Positions 41,977 to 52,077 of a stretch of DNA of 52,201 nucleotides are shown here, one piece after another. Below the pieces are notes generated by a model. The model made no database searches. It saw only the letters and a list, made by a program, of their open reading frames with translations, and was not told where the DNA came from. Source of the DNA: a virus. The stretch lies in IMG/VR virus record IMGVR_UViG_3300009124_000020; one strand, written 5' to 3'. Position numbers and translations under genes: made by a program. Each line of letters opens with the position of its first letter. Position 1 is the stretch's first letter.

Positions 41977-43831
41977 GACTCGCCCTAATCCTACAGCAAA
42001 GATACCTTATGGGTATCAAGCTAATGATAAAGACCCATTACTTCTTGAGCCGATTCAAGAGGTAGTCGATCAAGTAAGCGTAGCCTTATCATATTTGGAT
42101 AATGGGCATTCGCTTAGAGAAACTGCTAGGTGGTTATCAGAAGAAACTGAACACCCAATTTCTCATCAGGGACTTTCTAATATATGGAAGCGTTTTAGAG
42201 GAGATACTAAAAATAATCCCAGGGCGAAGAAACTTTCGGAAAGGAAAAAGAAGAACACTCCTAAGACAAAGAAGGAGAAGGCAGAATACGCTCTTAGGCA
42301 AAAGAGAGCAGCAGGAAAACGATCAGTTACTGTTGCCACTAAAAAACTAAAAGAGATTACAAAAGAAGCGACAGATAGTGTCGCACCCAATGGGTTAGGT
42401 GGGTCTGAAAGTATAGAGCTTATACCTCAAGATCAGACCATTTTATTTAAACCTAATCCTGGGCCACAAACAGAATTTCTTGCAGCGAATGAAAGAGAAG
42501 TTTTGTATGGTGGAAGTGCTGGGGGTGGAAAGACCTACAGCTTGATTGCTGACCCTATGAGGTATTTTGGCAATAAAAATTTTAATGGTCTAATTCTCAG
42601 AAGAACTAATGATGAACTTCGTGAGATGATCTGGAAGACCCAAGAACTTTACCCAAGAGCTTTTCCTGGGGCAAAGTGGGGAGAAAAGAAATCCCAATGG
42701 GTTTTTCCTAGTGGAGCTAGGTTATGGTTAACCTACTTGGAAAGGGACGAAGACTGTCTGCGTTATCAAGGACAAGCGTTTAGTTACATTGGCTTTGATG
42801 AATTAACACAGCACCCAACTCCTTTTGCATGGAACTACATGAGATCTAGGTTAAGGACTACAGATCCTGATTTACCTATCTACATGAGAGCGACAACAAA
42901 CCCAGGTGGCCCTGGACATAATTGGGTCAGGGAGATGTTTATAAAACCTTCTCCTGAAAACACTAGGTTTGCTGCTACAGACATAGATACAGGAGAACCA
43001 CTAAAGTATCCTGAAGAACATGAAAAAGCTGGACAACCTTTATTTTATAGAAAGTTTATACCAGCAAAATTAAAAGATAACCCATACTTAATAAAAGATG
43101 GGGCATATGAAGCTAACCTTCTGTCTCTTCCAGAAATGCAAAGAAGACAGCTCTTGGAAGGCGATTGGTCTGTAGCTGAAGGTGCTGCATTCTCTGAATT
43201 TAGAAACCATATCCATGTTATCGAACCTTTTGAAATACCTCACGATTGGACTAGGTTCAGGTCTTGCGACTTTGGTTACTCTAGTTTTAGTGCAGTACAT
43301 TGGTTTGCTATTGACCCAGCTTACGAAAATCTAATCGTCTATAGAGAATTATATGTCTCTAAACATACAGGCAGAGATCTCGCTAGAAAGATATTAGCGA
43401 TAGAGAATGAAGAAGGCGATAGAGTTAGTTATGGCGTACTTGATAGTTCTTGTTGGCATAACAGAGGTCAGTTTGGGCCTTCTATAGCTGAAGAGATGAT
43501 GGCTGAAGGTTGCAGATGGCGACCTAGTGATAGAACAGCAGGGGCAAGAATAGCAGGTAAAAACAGACTGCACGAACTTTTAAAGGTTGATCCTGATACA
43601 GATATACCTGGAATATGTTTCTTTGAAACTTGTAGGCAAATCGTTTCAGATCTTCCGGTCATACCAGCAGACCCAAATGGGACTGATGACATAAATAAAA
43701 AATATGCGTCAGATCATGCGTATGACTCAATTAGATATGGTATAATGACTAGACCAAGGACTGTATCTATTTTTCAATCAGACAAGCCTGAATATAGATG
43801 GCGACCTGCTGATACTACATTTGGATATTAA
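41921..43831 (+). CDS. terL: Terminase large subunit with an N-terminal extension of about 170 aa
   Basis: Walker A is YGGSAGGGKTY (about 42509-42535), with downstream ATPase and nuclease regions (GFDELTQ, ...DHAYDSIRY). The N-terminus contains IPYGYQ...LSYLDNGHSLRETARWL, which resembles the recombinase domain of serine recombinases, followed by a Lys-rich linker. Confidence 0.8.
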   Translation: MTQKNSKSKVIIQEKWESKTRPNPTAKIPYGYQANDKDPLLLEPIQEVVDQVSVALSYLDNGHSLRETARWLSEETEHPISHQGLSNIWKRFRGDTKNNPRAKKLSERKKKNTPKTKKEKAEYALRQKRAAGKRSVTVATKKLKEITKEATDSVAPNGLGGSESIELIPQDQTILFKPNPGPQTEFLAANEREVLYGGSAGGGKTYSLIADPMRYFGNKNFNGLILRRTNDELREMIWKTQELYPRAFPGAKWGEKKSQWVFPSGARLWLTYLERDEDCLRYQGQAFSYIGFDELTQHPTPFAWNYMRSRLRTTDPDLPIYMRATTNPGGPGHNWVREMFIKPSPENTRFAATDIDTGEPLKYPEEHEKAGQPLFYRKFIPAKLKDNPYLIKDGAYEANLLSLPEMQRRQLLEGDWSVAEGAAFSEFRNHIHVIEPFEIPHDWTRFRSCDFGYSSFSAVHWFAIDPAYENLIVYRELYVSKHTGRDLARKILAIENEEGDRVSYGVLDSSCWHNRGQFGPSIAEEMMAEGCRWRPSDRTAGARIAGKNRLHELLKVDPDTDIPGICFFETCRQIVSDLPVIPADPNGTDDINKKYASDHAYDSIRYGIMTRPRTVSIFQSDKPEYRWRPADTTFGY

Positions 43832-43837
43832 AAATTT

Positions 43838-45970
43838 ATGGCAATAATGAAAAACCCAAAGGACAGCGAAGATTTATCATTTGAAGCAGATCCTACTAAC
43901 GATACAGTAATGGCTCTTCAAGAAGATGGTGATGCTGAAGAACAAAACTTTTCTTTCACAGGTCTAGTTAATTACATTGAAGGTAAGTTTCAAAAATCAA
44001 AAGATAATAGGCTTGGCGATGAAACTCGTTGGCTAAATGCCTACAAGAACTATAGAGGTATTTACTCTACTGATGTTCAATTTACAGACACAGAAAAGTC
44101 TCGTGCTTTTATCAAGATTACAAAAACAAAAGTATTAGCAGCCTACGCACAAATCATAGATGTTCTGTTTGCAGGGAATAAGTTTCCGATTGGTATTCAA
44201 TCAACACAGTTTCCAACAGGCGTAGCTGACTCAGTTTACTTTGATCCTAAAGAACCTTCTGAAGATCAAATTGCAGAAATCACAGGCAAGAAATCAGCAA
44301 CAGTTAAACGAAAAGATATTTTAAAAGAGACTGGTACTTACGAAGATAAACTCAAAGAAGTTGAAGACGATATTCAAAAAGGTGCTGGTGTAACTCCAAC
44401 TTCATTTACTTTTGAACCTGCTAAGAAAGCAGCACAGAAGATGGAAAAGAAAATCCATGAGCAACTAGAAGAGTCTCATGCAAGTAAGCATTTGCGATCA
44501 GTAGCTTTTGATATGTCTTTGTTTGGTACAGGTATCCTTAAAGGGCCTTTTGCTCATGATAAAGAATATCCAAGATGGAATGATGAAGGTGAATATGACC
44601 CTATCTTTGAAACTATACCAAAAGTAGAAGCTGTAAGTATTTGGAACTTCTATCCTGATTGTGATGCTCGTAATATGTCTGAAGCTGAATACACAATCGA
44701 AAGGCATAGACTTAACAAAGTAGAGCTGAGAGCATTAAAAAATAGACCATACTTTAGAGAAAACAGTATTGAACTAGCTATTGAAGGTGGATCTAATTAC
44801 ACCAAGGAATATTGGGAAAGTGAGCTAGAGGATAGCACATATAATTCTGAAGTAGATCGTTTTGAAGTCTTAGAATATTGGGGAACTATTGATGCAGAAA
44901 CAGCAGAAGATGCTGATTTAGAAATTCCTGAAGAATTAGAAGACAAAACAGAAGTACAGATCAACGCATGGGTATGTAATGGTCAGATTATAAGATTGGT
45001 TCTAAATCCATTTACACCAACACGCATTCCGTACCACGCAACACCTTACGAATTAAATCCATATTCTTTCTTTGGAATTGGTCTCGCAGAGAATATGGAC
45101 GATACCCAATTACTTATGAATGGGTTTATGAGAATGGCAGTAGATAATGCTGCTCTATCTTCAAACCTACTCATTGAAGTAGACGAAACGAATTTAGTTC
45201 CAGGACAAGACTTATCGGTATACCCTGGCAAAATATTTAGAAGACAAGCAGGAGCACCAGGACAAGCAATTTTTGGAACTAAGTTCCCTAATGTAACTCA
45301 AGAGTGTTTGCTTATGTTTGATAAAGCAAGACAACTCGCAGACGAGAGTACAGGTATGCCTAGTTATGCTCATGGTATGACAGGCGTAATGTCAGTAGGG
45401 AGAACTGCATCAGGTATGTCTATGTTGATGGGGGCTGCTGCACAAAACATAAAAGCAGTCGTTAGAAATATAGATGACTACCTATTATCACCCCTAGGTA
45501 AATCTTTGTTCGCATTTAATATGCAGTTTAATTTCGACAAAGAACTTCTAGGCGATTTAGAAGTAAACGCTAGAGGTACTGAAAGTCTTATGAGGAATGA
45601 AATAAGATCTCAAAGACTAATTCAATTTATGCAGATGTCAGCTAATCCTGCTATGGCCCCATTCGTTAAGTACGATTACATACTTAGAGAATTAGCGTCA
45701 TCAATGGATTTAGACGAAGACAAGATTTTAAACGACCCTAGAGAAGCAGCAATACAAGCTAAGATGATGGCTGAGTTAGCTGAATTGATGGGGCCACCAC
45801 CAGGTCAAGAAGCACCTCAACCACCGACAGGTGGTGGTGCACCTAGCGTAGAAGATCCTACAGGAACAGGTGGGGGCAACATAGCTCCAGGGGCTGCACC
45901 AGAACCAGGTAATCCTGGGTTCACCGGAGCAGGTGGGGGAGATAACACACCACAAGAGCCACAAGGTTAA
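43838..45970 (+). CDS. Portal protein candidate with a Gly/Pro-rich C-terminal tail
   Basis: 710-aa ORF immediately after terL, with a low-complexity PPGQEAPQPPTGGGAP... tail. The call rests on position and size. Confidence 0.65.
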   Translation: MAIMKNPKDSEDLSFEADPTNDTVMALQEDGDAEEQNFSFTGLVNYIEGKFQKSKDNRLGDETRWLNAYKNYRGIYSTDVQFTDTEKSRAFIKITKTKVLAAYAQIIDVLFAGNKFPIGIQSTQFPTGVADSVYFDPKEPSEDQIAEITGKKSATVKRKDILKETGTYEDKLKEVEDDIQKGAGVTPTSFTFEPAKKAAQKMEKKIHEQLEESHASKHLRSVAFDMSLFGTGILKGPFAHDKEYPRWNDEGEYDPIFETIPKVEAVSIWNFYPDCDARNMSEAEYTIERHRLNKVELRALKNRPYFRENSIELAIEGGSNYTKEYWESELEDSTYNSEVDRFEVLEYWGTIDAETAEDADLEIPEELEDKTEVQINAWVCNGQIIRLVLNPFTPTRIPYHATPYELNPYSFFGIGLAENMDDTQLLMNGFMRMAVDNAALSSNLLIEVDETNLVPGQDLSVYPGKIFRRQAGAPGQAIFGTKFPNVTQECLLMFDKARQLADESTGMPSYAHGMTGVMSVGRTASGMSMLMGAAAQNIKAVVRNIDDYLLSPLGKSLFAFNMQFNFDKELLGDLEVNARGTESLMRNEIRSQRLIQFMQMSANPAMAPFVKYDYILRELASSMDLDEDKILNDPREAAIQAKMMAELAELMGPPPGQEAPQPPTGGGAPSVEDPTGTGGGNIAPGAAPEPGNPGFTGAGGGDNTPQEPQG

Positions 45971-46194
45971 TGGACGAAAAACAAGCTAGAGAGATAGTAC
46001 TTCTCGTAAATGATCCTGAAATGTACCCTCTACTCGTAAGGTACGCAGAACAAAGACTTGAGATACTTAGAGGGTATCTTGAGAACGAAAAGAACTTACA
46101 AAAAGTTTCTGAGCTTCAAGGAGCTATCGCTGAGATAAAGCGAATATTTACTTTAAAAGATGAGGTTAGAGGGGAACTCGACAAAAGCAAGTAA
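45970..46194 (+). CDS. Hypothetical protein
   Basis: 74 aa with a TAATG overlap. Confidence 0.5.
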   Translation: MDEKQAREIVLLVNDPEMYPLLVRYAEQRLEILRGYLENEKNLQKVSELQGAIAEIKRIFTLKDEVRGELDKSK

Positions 46195-47267
46195 TGGATC
46201 AAAAGAAGATAAAAGAAATATTAGAAAGTAATGCTACTAAAAATTTCGTACAAAGAATTTTAAATCCTGAGATTGCTCCCACTCCACTTGATATAGATGG
46301 ACAAAAACAAACTCATTTTATGAGAGCTGAGTATCTAGGAAAAGAAGACACGATACCAGCAGTTTTCCCAACAGTTATAGAACGAGAGGGAGAGCTTTTT
46401 AAGTTTGAAGACTTAGAAAAAGCAAAAGATCATGCTCGTAACACAGGCGAGTATATAGAGTTTAAAAGCATTGAAGAAGCTGACTTATTTTCACGAGAAT
46501 ACAAAGGCGATACTCAATCTGATTTTAACCAATTTTATAGTCCTGAAGAACCAGGACTTATGAATGGGGGAGTAATGAATAACAAAAAATTAAAACCAAT
46601 TCCTAAAAATAATAAAGGACTATCTAAATTACCAAAAGAGGTAAGAAACAAAATGGGGTATCTCTATCATGGTGGCATGATGGGTATGATGCCTGAAATG
46701 ATTGTAGGCTACGATGAAGAGTCAGGTAATCCTATTCCCCCAGGATCAGACGCTATGAATGTTCGTGATGATATACCTGCTGCACTATCCGAAGGTGAGC
46801 TAGTAATACCAGCAGATGTAGTTCGTTATCATGGGTTAAAGACTTACGAAGATATGCGTATTGAAGCCAAGATGGGCTTGATGTCGATGAAAGCTGAAGG
46901 TCAAATCGTAGACATCGAAGAAGAAGATGATGAGGAGTACGATGAAGAAATGTCTCCTACAGATCATGTTCAAAAAAATGAAGATACAGGAATGTATTGT
47001 GTTTACGATGTGAATGGTAAGAAAGTTAAAGAATTTAAAACTAAGAAAGAAGCAAACGATTACGCCAAGAAAAATCATGATGAATTGATGGCGACAGAAA
47101 AAGTCGAAGAAGCTGAAGTCGAAGTAGAAGAAGAAGGTATGGAACTCAAAGAAGATTCCGAAGGTGTTGAAGCCTATCCTTCAAAAGAAAATGACGAAAT
47201 CGACATGATGGAGATTGGCGATAAGTCAGTAGTTAAATTATTCATTAAAGGTTTAATGGGAAGATAA
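46194..47267 (+). CDS. Hypothetical protein (head-morphogenesis module)
   Basis: 357 aa with a TAATG overlap. It has an acidic C-terminal half and no recognised motif. Confidence 0.5.
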   Translation: MDQKKIKEILESNATKNFVQRILNPEIAPTPLDIDGQKQTHFMRAEYLGKEDTIPAVFPTVIEREGELFKFEDLEKAKDHARNTGEYIEFKSIEEADLFSREYKGDTQSDFNQFYSPEEPGLMNGGVMNNKKLKPIPKNNKGLSKLPKEVRNKMGYLYHGGMMGMMPEMIVGYDEESGNPIPPGSDAMNVRDDIPAALSEGELVIPADVVRYHGLKTYEDMRIEAKMGLMSMKAEGQIVDIEEEDDEEYDEEMSPTDHVQKNEDTGMYCVYDVNGKKVKEFKTKKEANDYAKKNHDELMATEKVEEAEVEVEEEGMELKEDSEGVEAYPSKENDEIDMMEIGDKSVVKLFIKGLMGR

Positions 47268-47444
47268 ATGGCTAGGCAAGGTCATGAGTTTGTAGACAGT
47301 CAGAATGTAGCAAGAGAAAAGCTACGCAAAGAATATGTCAGCAAGAAATGGCATGGGGGAAAAGGAAGTTCCCCACGCCCAGGTTATTATTCCCAACAAT
47401 ACAAAGATAATTACGACAAAATCTTTGGAAAAAAAGACAAATAA
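47268..47444 (+). CDS. Possible 58-aa protein
   Basis: The ATG directly follows the upstream TAA. My translation is MARQGHEFVDSQNVAREKLRKEYVSKKWHGGKGSSPRPGYYSQQYKDNYDKIFGKKDK. It is below the length cutoff of the ORF track. Confidence 0.35.
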   Translation: MARQGHEFVDSQNVAREKLRKEYVSKKWHGGKGSSPRPGYYSQQYKDNYDKIFGKKDK

Positions 47445-47523
47445 GAATTTTGCAGAATGGCTACCTGCTTAACCCTCGTATTTTTACGAGCTACTTAACA
47501 GCCCCATAAGGAGTAAAATTATT

Positions 47524-48321
47524 ATGGCAAAATATCAAGGTGCTTATCGACAAGAGTTAGATAAGGAAGACGAAAATCCTGTTGCAGAACAGGAACAACA
47601 ACAAGAAGCAGCAAATGAAAATGCTGCCCCTCTAAACGCTGAAGAGGAAACTTTTAAAAAGCGTTACGGAGATTTGCGTAGACATTCTCAAGGTATTAAA
47701 CAGAAATACGAAGATGAACTTGCAAAACTTCAGGGTCAATTAGCAGATGCTACTAAAGCCCAAATTAAGTTTCCTAAAACAGAAGAGGAAATAGATGCCT
47801 GGTCAAAACGCTACCCTGATGTAGCAGCAGTCATCGACACTATTGCGAAGAAAAGATCTCTGGAAGTTCTTGAGATTGGCGAACAGAAAATGGAAAGGTT
47901 GAAAAACCTTGAAGATACAATCGTCAGAGAAAGAGCTGAAAACGAGTTGATGCAACTCCACCCAGATTTCGATGATATTCGACAAGATAAAAAGTTTCAC
48001 GAATGGGTGGCTCAACAGCCTAAACCTATTCAAGATTCTCTTTATACGAATACTACAGACGCAAGATCAGCAGCGAGATCCATTGATCTGTATAAAGCAG
48101 ACATGGGAGTGGCTAAAACTAAAAGGCCAAGTAGAAAAGATGCTGCTCAATCTGTAGGGCGTTCTACTAAAACTTCACCTCAAGAAGGACTTAAAATGAA
48201 GTTTACAGAAAGCCAAGTTTCTAAAATGAACTCAAGAGAGTACGAAGCTAATGAAGACGCTATTTTAGAAGCAATCCGTAAAGGAGAGTTTGAATACGAC
48301 TTAACAGGTGCTGCTAGATAA
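47524..48321 (+). CDS. Scaffolding protein candidate
   Basis: 265 aa, acidic and coiled-coil-rich, preceded by TAAGGAG, and the last gene before the capsid gene. Confidence 0.5.
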   Translation: MAKYQGAYRQELDKEDENPVAEQEQQQEAANENAAPLNAEEETFKKRYGDLRRHSQGIKQKYEDELAKLQGQLADATKAQIKFPKTEEEIDAWSKRYPDVAAVIDTIAKKRSLEVLEIGEQKMERLKNLEDTIVRERAENELMQLHPDFDDIRQDKKFHEWVAQQPKPIQDSLYTNTTDARSAARSIDLYKADMGVAKTKRPSRKDAAQSVGRSTKTSPQEGLKMKFTESQVSKMNSREYEANEDAILEAIRKGEFEYDLTGAAR

Positions 48322-48610
48322 TCTCTAGTAGTACTTGCTAATTCACTTATATTCTGTTATATATAAGTGGACAGATCTATCGCTTGAATAGATCAACCCA
48401 AAGTATAAATCGAGCCGATTTTCAATCCTACCTCATGTACTTTGTATACACAGGAAATTGCAAGAAAGACTACCTTACCATTAGACCCACTTAATTATTT
48501 AAGTGTCACTCTAAACAGGTGAAGCCCTTTTGCGTGTGTTTTCTTGATGTCTAAAGTATGGGCCTTTGGTTCATATTTATTGTTATTTCAATTTATATAG
48601 GAGAAACGAA

Positions 48611-49678
48611 ATGGCATTTAGTTCAGCAAGTGGATACAGCAACTTACCGAATGGTAATTTTTCGCCTGTAATCTACTCACAGAAAGTCCAAAAAACATTT
48701 AGGAAACTAAGTGTTGTAGAGGACATCACTAACACCGATTATTTCGGTGAGATTTCTGACTATGGTGACTCTGTAAAGATCATCAAAGAACCAGAAATTA
48801 CTGTGAACTCATACGAGAGAGGTACTTCGGTAGCTGCTCAAGATTTGAGTGACGCAGATTTTACAATGGTAATCAACCAAGCTAACTACTTTATGTTCAA
48901 AGTAGATGACATTGAAAGTCAACATTCTCATGTTAACTTCATGGATCTAGCGACAGATAGAGCAGCTTATAAAATCAAAGATAAGTTTGACCAAGAAGTT
49001 CTTGGACACCTTTCAGGTTTTACAGGTGCTGCTGGTTCTTTCGCTGAGAGAACATCTCTTGAAACAGGTAGTACAAAAGCAAACTCAGGTGCAGGTAATG
49101 ATGAACTTCTAGCTGCTAACAAATTGGACATCACCGACTTTGGTGGTTCTGATATTGGTGGCGATGCAAGTCTTACATCTATCCCTGTGGACGCTACAGG
49201 TACTGTAGCTTCACCTCTTGATATTCTTAACAGAATGGCAAGACTACTTGACGCTGCTGATGTTCCTTCCGATGGAAGATGGTTCGTGGCTGATCCTGTA
49301 TTCTGGGAAATCCTAATGGACGAAAACAGCAAATTTATCTCTAACGATTTCGCTGGAGGTCAAGATGCTGGTGACATTCTTAGGAATGGTAAAGCTACCA
49401 CAAGTATGATTAGAGGTTTTAGAGTTTATAAGTCTAATAACCTTCCTTACTTGGGTACAGGCCCAGGAACAGTAGCAACTGCTGGTTCAGAAACTAACTT
49501 CGGAGTTCTTGTCGCAGGACACGACTCTGCTGTAGCGACTGCACAGCAACTTAGCAAAACTGAGTCTTACAGAGACACAGCTTCTTTCGCAGACATTGTG
49601 AGAGGGTTGCAACTCTATGGAAGAAAAATCCTAAGACCAGAATCTATTGTTACTGCTCAGTACAATAAGTACAGCTAA
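48611..49678 (+). CDS. Major capsid protein candidate
   Basis: The ATG at 48611 follows AGGAGAAAC; the TTG at 48566 in the ORF track is unlikely. It is 355 aa, follows the scaffold candidate, and is followed by a strong terminator. Confidence 0.7.
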   Translation: MAFSSASGYSNLPNGNFSPVIYSQKVQKTFRKLSVVEDITNTDYFGEISDYGDSVKIIKEPEITVNSYERGTSVAAQDLSDADFTMVINQANYFMFKVDDIESQHSHVNFMDLATDRAAYKIKDKFDQEVLGHLSGFTGAAGSFAERTSLETGSTKANSGAGNDELLAANKLDITDFGGSDIGGDASLTSIPVDATGTVASPLDILNRMARLLDAADVPSDGRWFVADPVFWEILMDENSKFISNDFAGGQDAGDILRNGKATTSMIRGFRVYKSNNLPYLGTGPGTVATAGSETNFGVLVAGHDSAVATAQQLSKTESYRDTASFADIVRGLQLYGRKILRPESIVTAQYNKYS

Positions 49679-49692
49679 TATTTTAGCACTTT

Positions 49693-49727
49693 GGGGTAGC
49701 TCCTTTTTAGGGGCTACACCCATTTTT
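49693..49727 (+). terminator. Intrinsic terminator after the capsid gene
   Basis: GGGGTAGCTCC-TTTTTA-GGGGCTACACCC hairpin followed by a T-rich run. Confidence 0.6.
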
Positions 49728-49747
49728 CTATTTTCGGATTTTTAATT

Positions 49748-50437
49748 GTGGCAACAACTTTTCAAGATTTAACAAACAAAGTTCTAAGACGCTTAAATGA
49801 GGTAGAGATAACTTCCTCAGACTTCGCAAGTGCCACAGGCGTACAAGCATTAGCTAAAGACGCTGTAAGAGATTCTATAGGTAAAATAAACCAAGCAGAA
49901 TTTGAATGGCCTTTTAATTCAGCAGAACATACACAAGTTCTGTCTGTTGGTCAGGAAGAATATACTTGGCCTACTTTTTTTAAAGTAGCTGAATGGAATA
50001 GTTTTCAAATTGTCAAAGATGAAAGTCTTGGTGTTGATTCACAACAGCTAAGATTTATTGAACGAGATGTTTGGTATAGAGAGTTTCGTGATCTTGACGA
50101 TAATGCAGGAGCATCAGGTATAAATGTTCCTGTTTATGTATTCCCTTCAAGTGGTAATGGCTATGGAGTTAGCCCAAGTCCAGATAAAGCCTACACAATT
50201 AAGTTTAGGTATTATCAAACACATACAGATCTAAATTTGTTTAGTGACACTACTTTAGTTCCTTCAAATCATGATGCTGTGATTGTTGATGGAGCACTCT
50301 TCTATATGTACCTGTTCAAGGACAACATGGAAGCTGCTCAAATATCTGCTGGTGCTTTTCAACAAGGCATAAAAGAAATGCAGACAATACACATCAACAA
50401 ATATGAAAGTGTAAGAGATAGACGAGTTAGGTTCTAA
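49748..50437 (+). CDS. Tail tubular/adaptor protein A candidate (GTG start)
   Basis: 229-aa ORF after the capsid gene. The call rests only on position and size, by analogy with T7 gp11. Confidence 0.35.
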   Translation: MATTFQDLTNKVLRRLNEVEITSSDFASATGVQALAKDAVRDSIGKINQAEFEWPFNSAEHTQVLSVGQEEYTWPTFFKVAEWNSFQIVKDESLGVDSQQLRFIERDVWYREFRDLDDNAGASGINVPVYVFPSSGNGYGVSPSPDKAYTIKFRYYQTHTDLNLFSDTTLVPSNHDAVIVDGALFYMYLFKDNMEAAQISAGAFQQGIKEMQTIHINKYESVRDRRVRF

Positions 50438-52074
50438 TGGCTGATCGTGTCCAATCCTACAAAGTAATATGTAGTGGGGGATTAAACAGCAATGAAAACC
50501 ATTTGGATCTTGCTGAAAATTACCCTGGAGTAGCAACTCGTTTAGTTAATTATGAGGTATCTGATTATGGTGGATACCGAAGAATTGAAGGATACGATGA
50601 ATACGACACTACCTACGGAGAAGTAGGAGTTGGCGTAGCAGAAGGCAAAGTTTTAGGTGTTTTCTTATTTAAAGATAGCACCACGCAACAAGACATGATT
50701 CTTGCTGCAAGGAAAGACCAAGGGGCAAATACTTTTAAGTTTTATAAGTATGTTTTTGGTGCAGGTTGGGTAGCTCAAACAACAGGAATTACTCACCACA
50801 CTACTAAGAACACCTTAACAGTAGAAAAGATTAGGCATACTAAGTTTAATTTTGGTTCTGGTAATAACATAGTATTTGTAGATGGAGTTAACTTCCCTGT
50901 AGTTTTCAATGGTACTACTTGGTACGAACTTCAGGAAAGCAACTCAGGTGGTACAAGTTCTCCAGGTGGAGTAATGTCTTTAGACGCTCCTTCTGTTGTA
51001 GAAGTTTTTGAGAACCACTTATTCTTTGGTGGAGATAGAACAGAACTTTCAACTGTAGCTTTCTCTGCTCCTAATGATCCGTTTACTTGGACAGCAGCAG
51101 CAGGGTCAGGGCAAACAAAAGTAGGTTTTGATTTAGTTAATTTTAAACCTTTTAGAGATGACTTATTTTTATTCGGCTCAAACTCTATAAAAAAATTAAC
51201 TGCTGATGTTTCTTCTGGATTTAATCTAGGACAGGTAACAGCGAATGTTGGCTGTATTGCTAAAGATTCAATCTTAGAGATAGGTGGAGATTTAGTATTC
51301 TTAGCACCTGACGGACTAAGACCTGTAGCTGGAACATCAAGAATTGGTGATGTTGAATTAGAAACAATATCAAAACCAATTCAATTAATCTTAAGCTCAT
51401 TAGCTTCTGATTTCGACTTAGATACTTTAAATGGCTTAGTCATAAGATCTAAGTCCCAACTAAGATATTTTATTGGTGATGATAGTACAGCAGTCATAGA
51501 TAGTTTTGGAATTGTCGGTGGACTGAGAACTTCAGATCAAAGGATAGGTTGGGAGTTTGGGGAGCTATTAGGTATAAGAGCTTCGTGTTGCACATCAGGA
51601 TATGTAGGAACAACAGAGATCGTTCTACATGGTGATTATGATGGCAAAGTCTACAAGCAAGAGAATGGTAAAACTTTCAATGGCAACGACATCGTAGGCA
51701 TATATACCACCCCATATTTTGACTTTGGAGATACTGAAGTCAGGAAGACGCTTAGAAAAGTTAATACTTTTATTAGAGCTGAAGGCCCTTTCACAATGAA
51801 CTTAGCTGTAACTTACGATTGGGACGATCCTAATACAGCAGTTCCAAGTTCTTACTCAGAAGAATCTAAAGGAGCACCAGTTCGATATAAAGGTACGAAT
51901 ATTAATTATGCTGGAACTAACATTAACTATGGGGGAAACGACAAACCAATCATGGTAACAAATGTTCAAGGATCAGGTTTTGCAGCACAAGTTACTTATG
52001 TGACTGTTGGGCAATTCGACCCCTACTCCATTCAAGGAATAGTTTTTGAGTTCACAGCAGCAGGGAGAAAATAA
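50437..52074 (+). CDS. Tail tubular/nozzle protein B candidate
   Basis: 545-aa ORF with a TAATG overlap, located between the adaptor candidate and the tail fibre. The call is positional. Confidence 0.35.
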   Translation: MADRVQSYKVICSGGLNSNENHLDLAENYPGVATRLVNYEVSDYGGYRRIEGYDEYDTTYGEVGVGVAEGKVLGVFLFKDSTTQQDMILAARKDQGANTFKFYKYVFGAGWVAQTTGITHHTTKNTLTVEKIRHTKFNFGSGNNIVFVDGVNFPVVFNGTTWYELQESNSGGTSSPGGVMSLDAPSVVEVFENHLFFGGDRTELSTVAFSAPNDPFTWTAAAGSGQTKVGFDLVNFKPFRDDLFLFGSNSIKKLTADVSSGFNLGQVTANVGCIAKDSILEIGGDLVFLAPDGLRPVAGTSRIGDVELETISKPIQLILSSLASDFDLDTLNGLVIRSKSQLRYFIGDDSTAVIDSFGIVGGLRTSDQRIGWEFGELLGIRASCCTSGYVGTTEIVLHGDYDGKVYKQENGKTFNGNDIVGIYTTPYFDFGDTEVRKTLRKVNTFIRAEGPFTMNLAVTYDWDDPNTAVPSSYSEESKGAPVRYKGTNINYAGTNINYGGNDKPIMVTNVQGSGFAAQVTYVTVGQFDPYSIQGIVFEFTAAGRK

Positions 52075-52077
52075 TAG

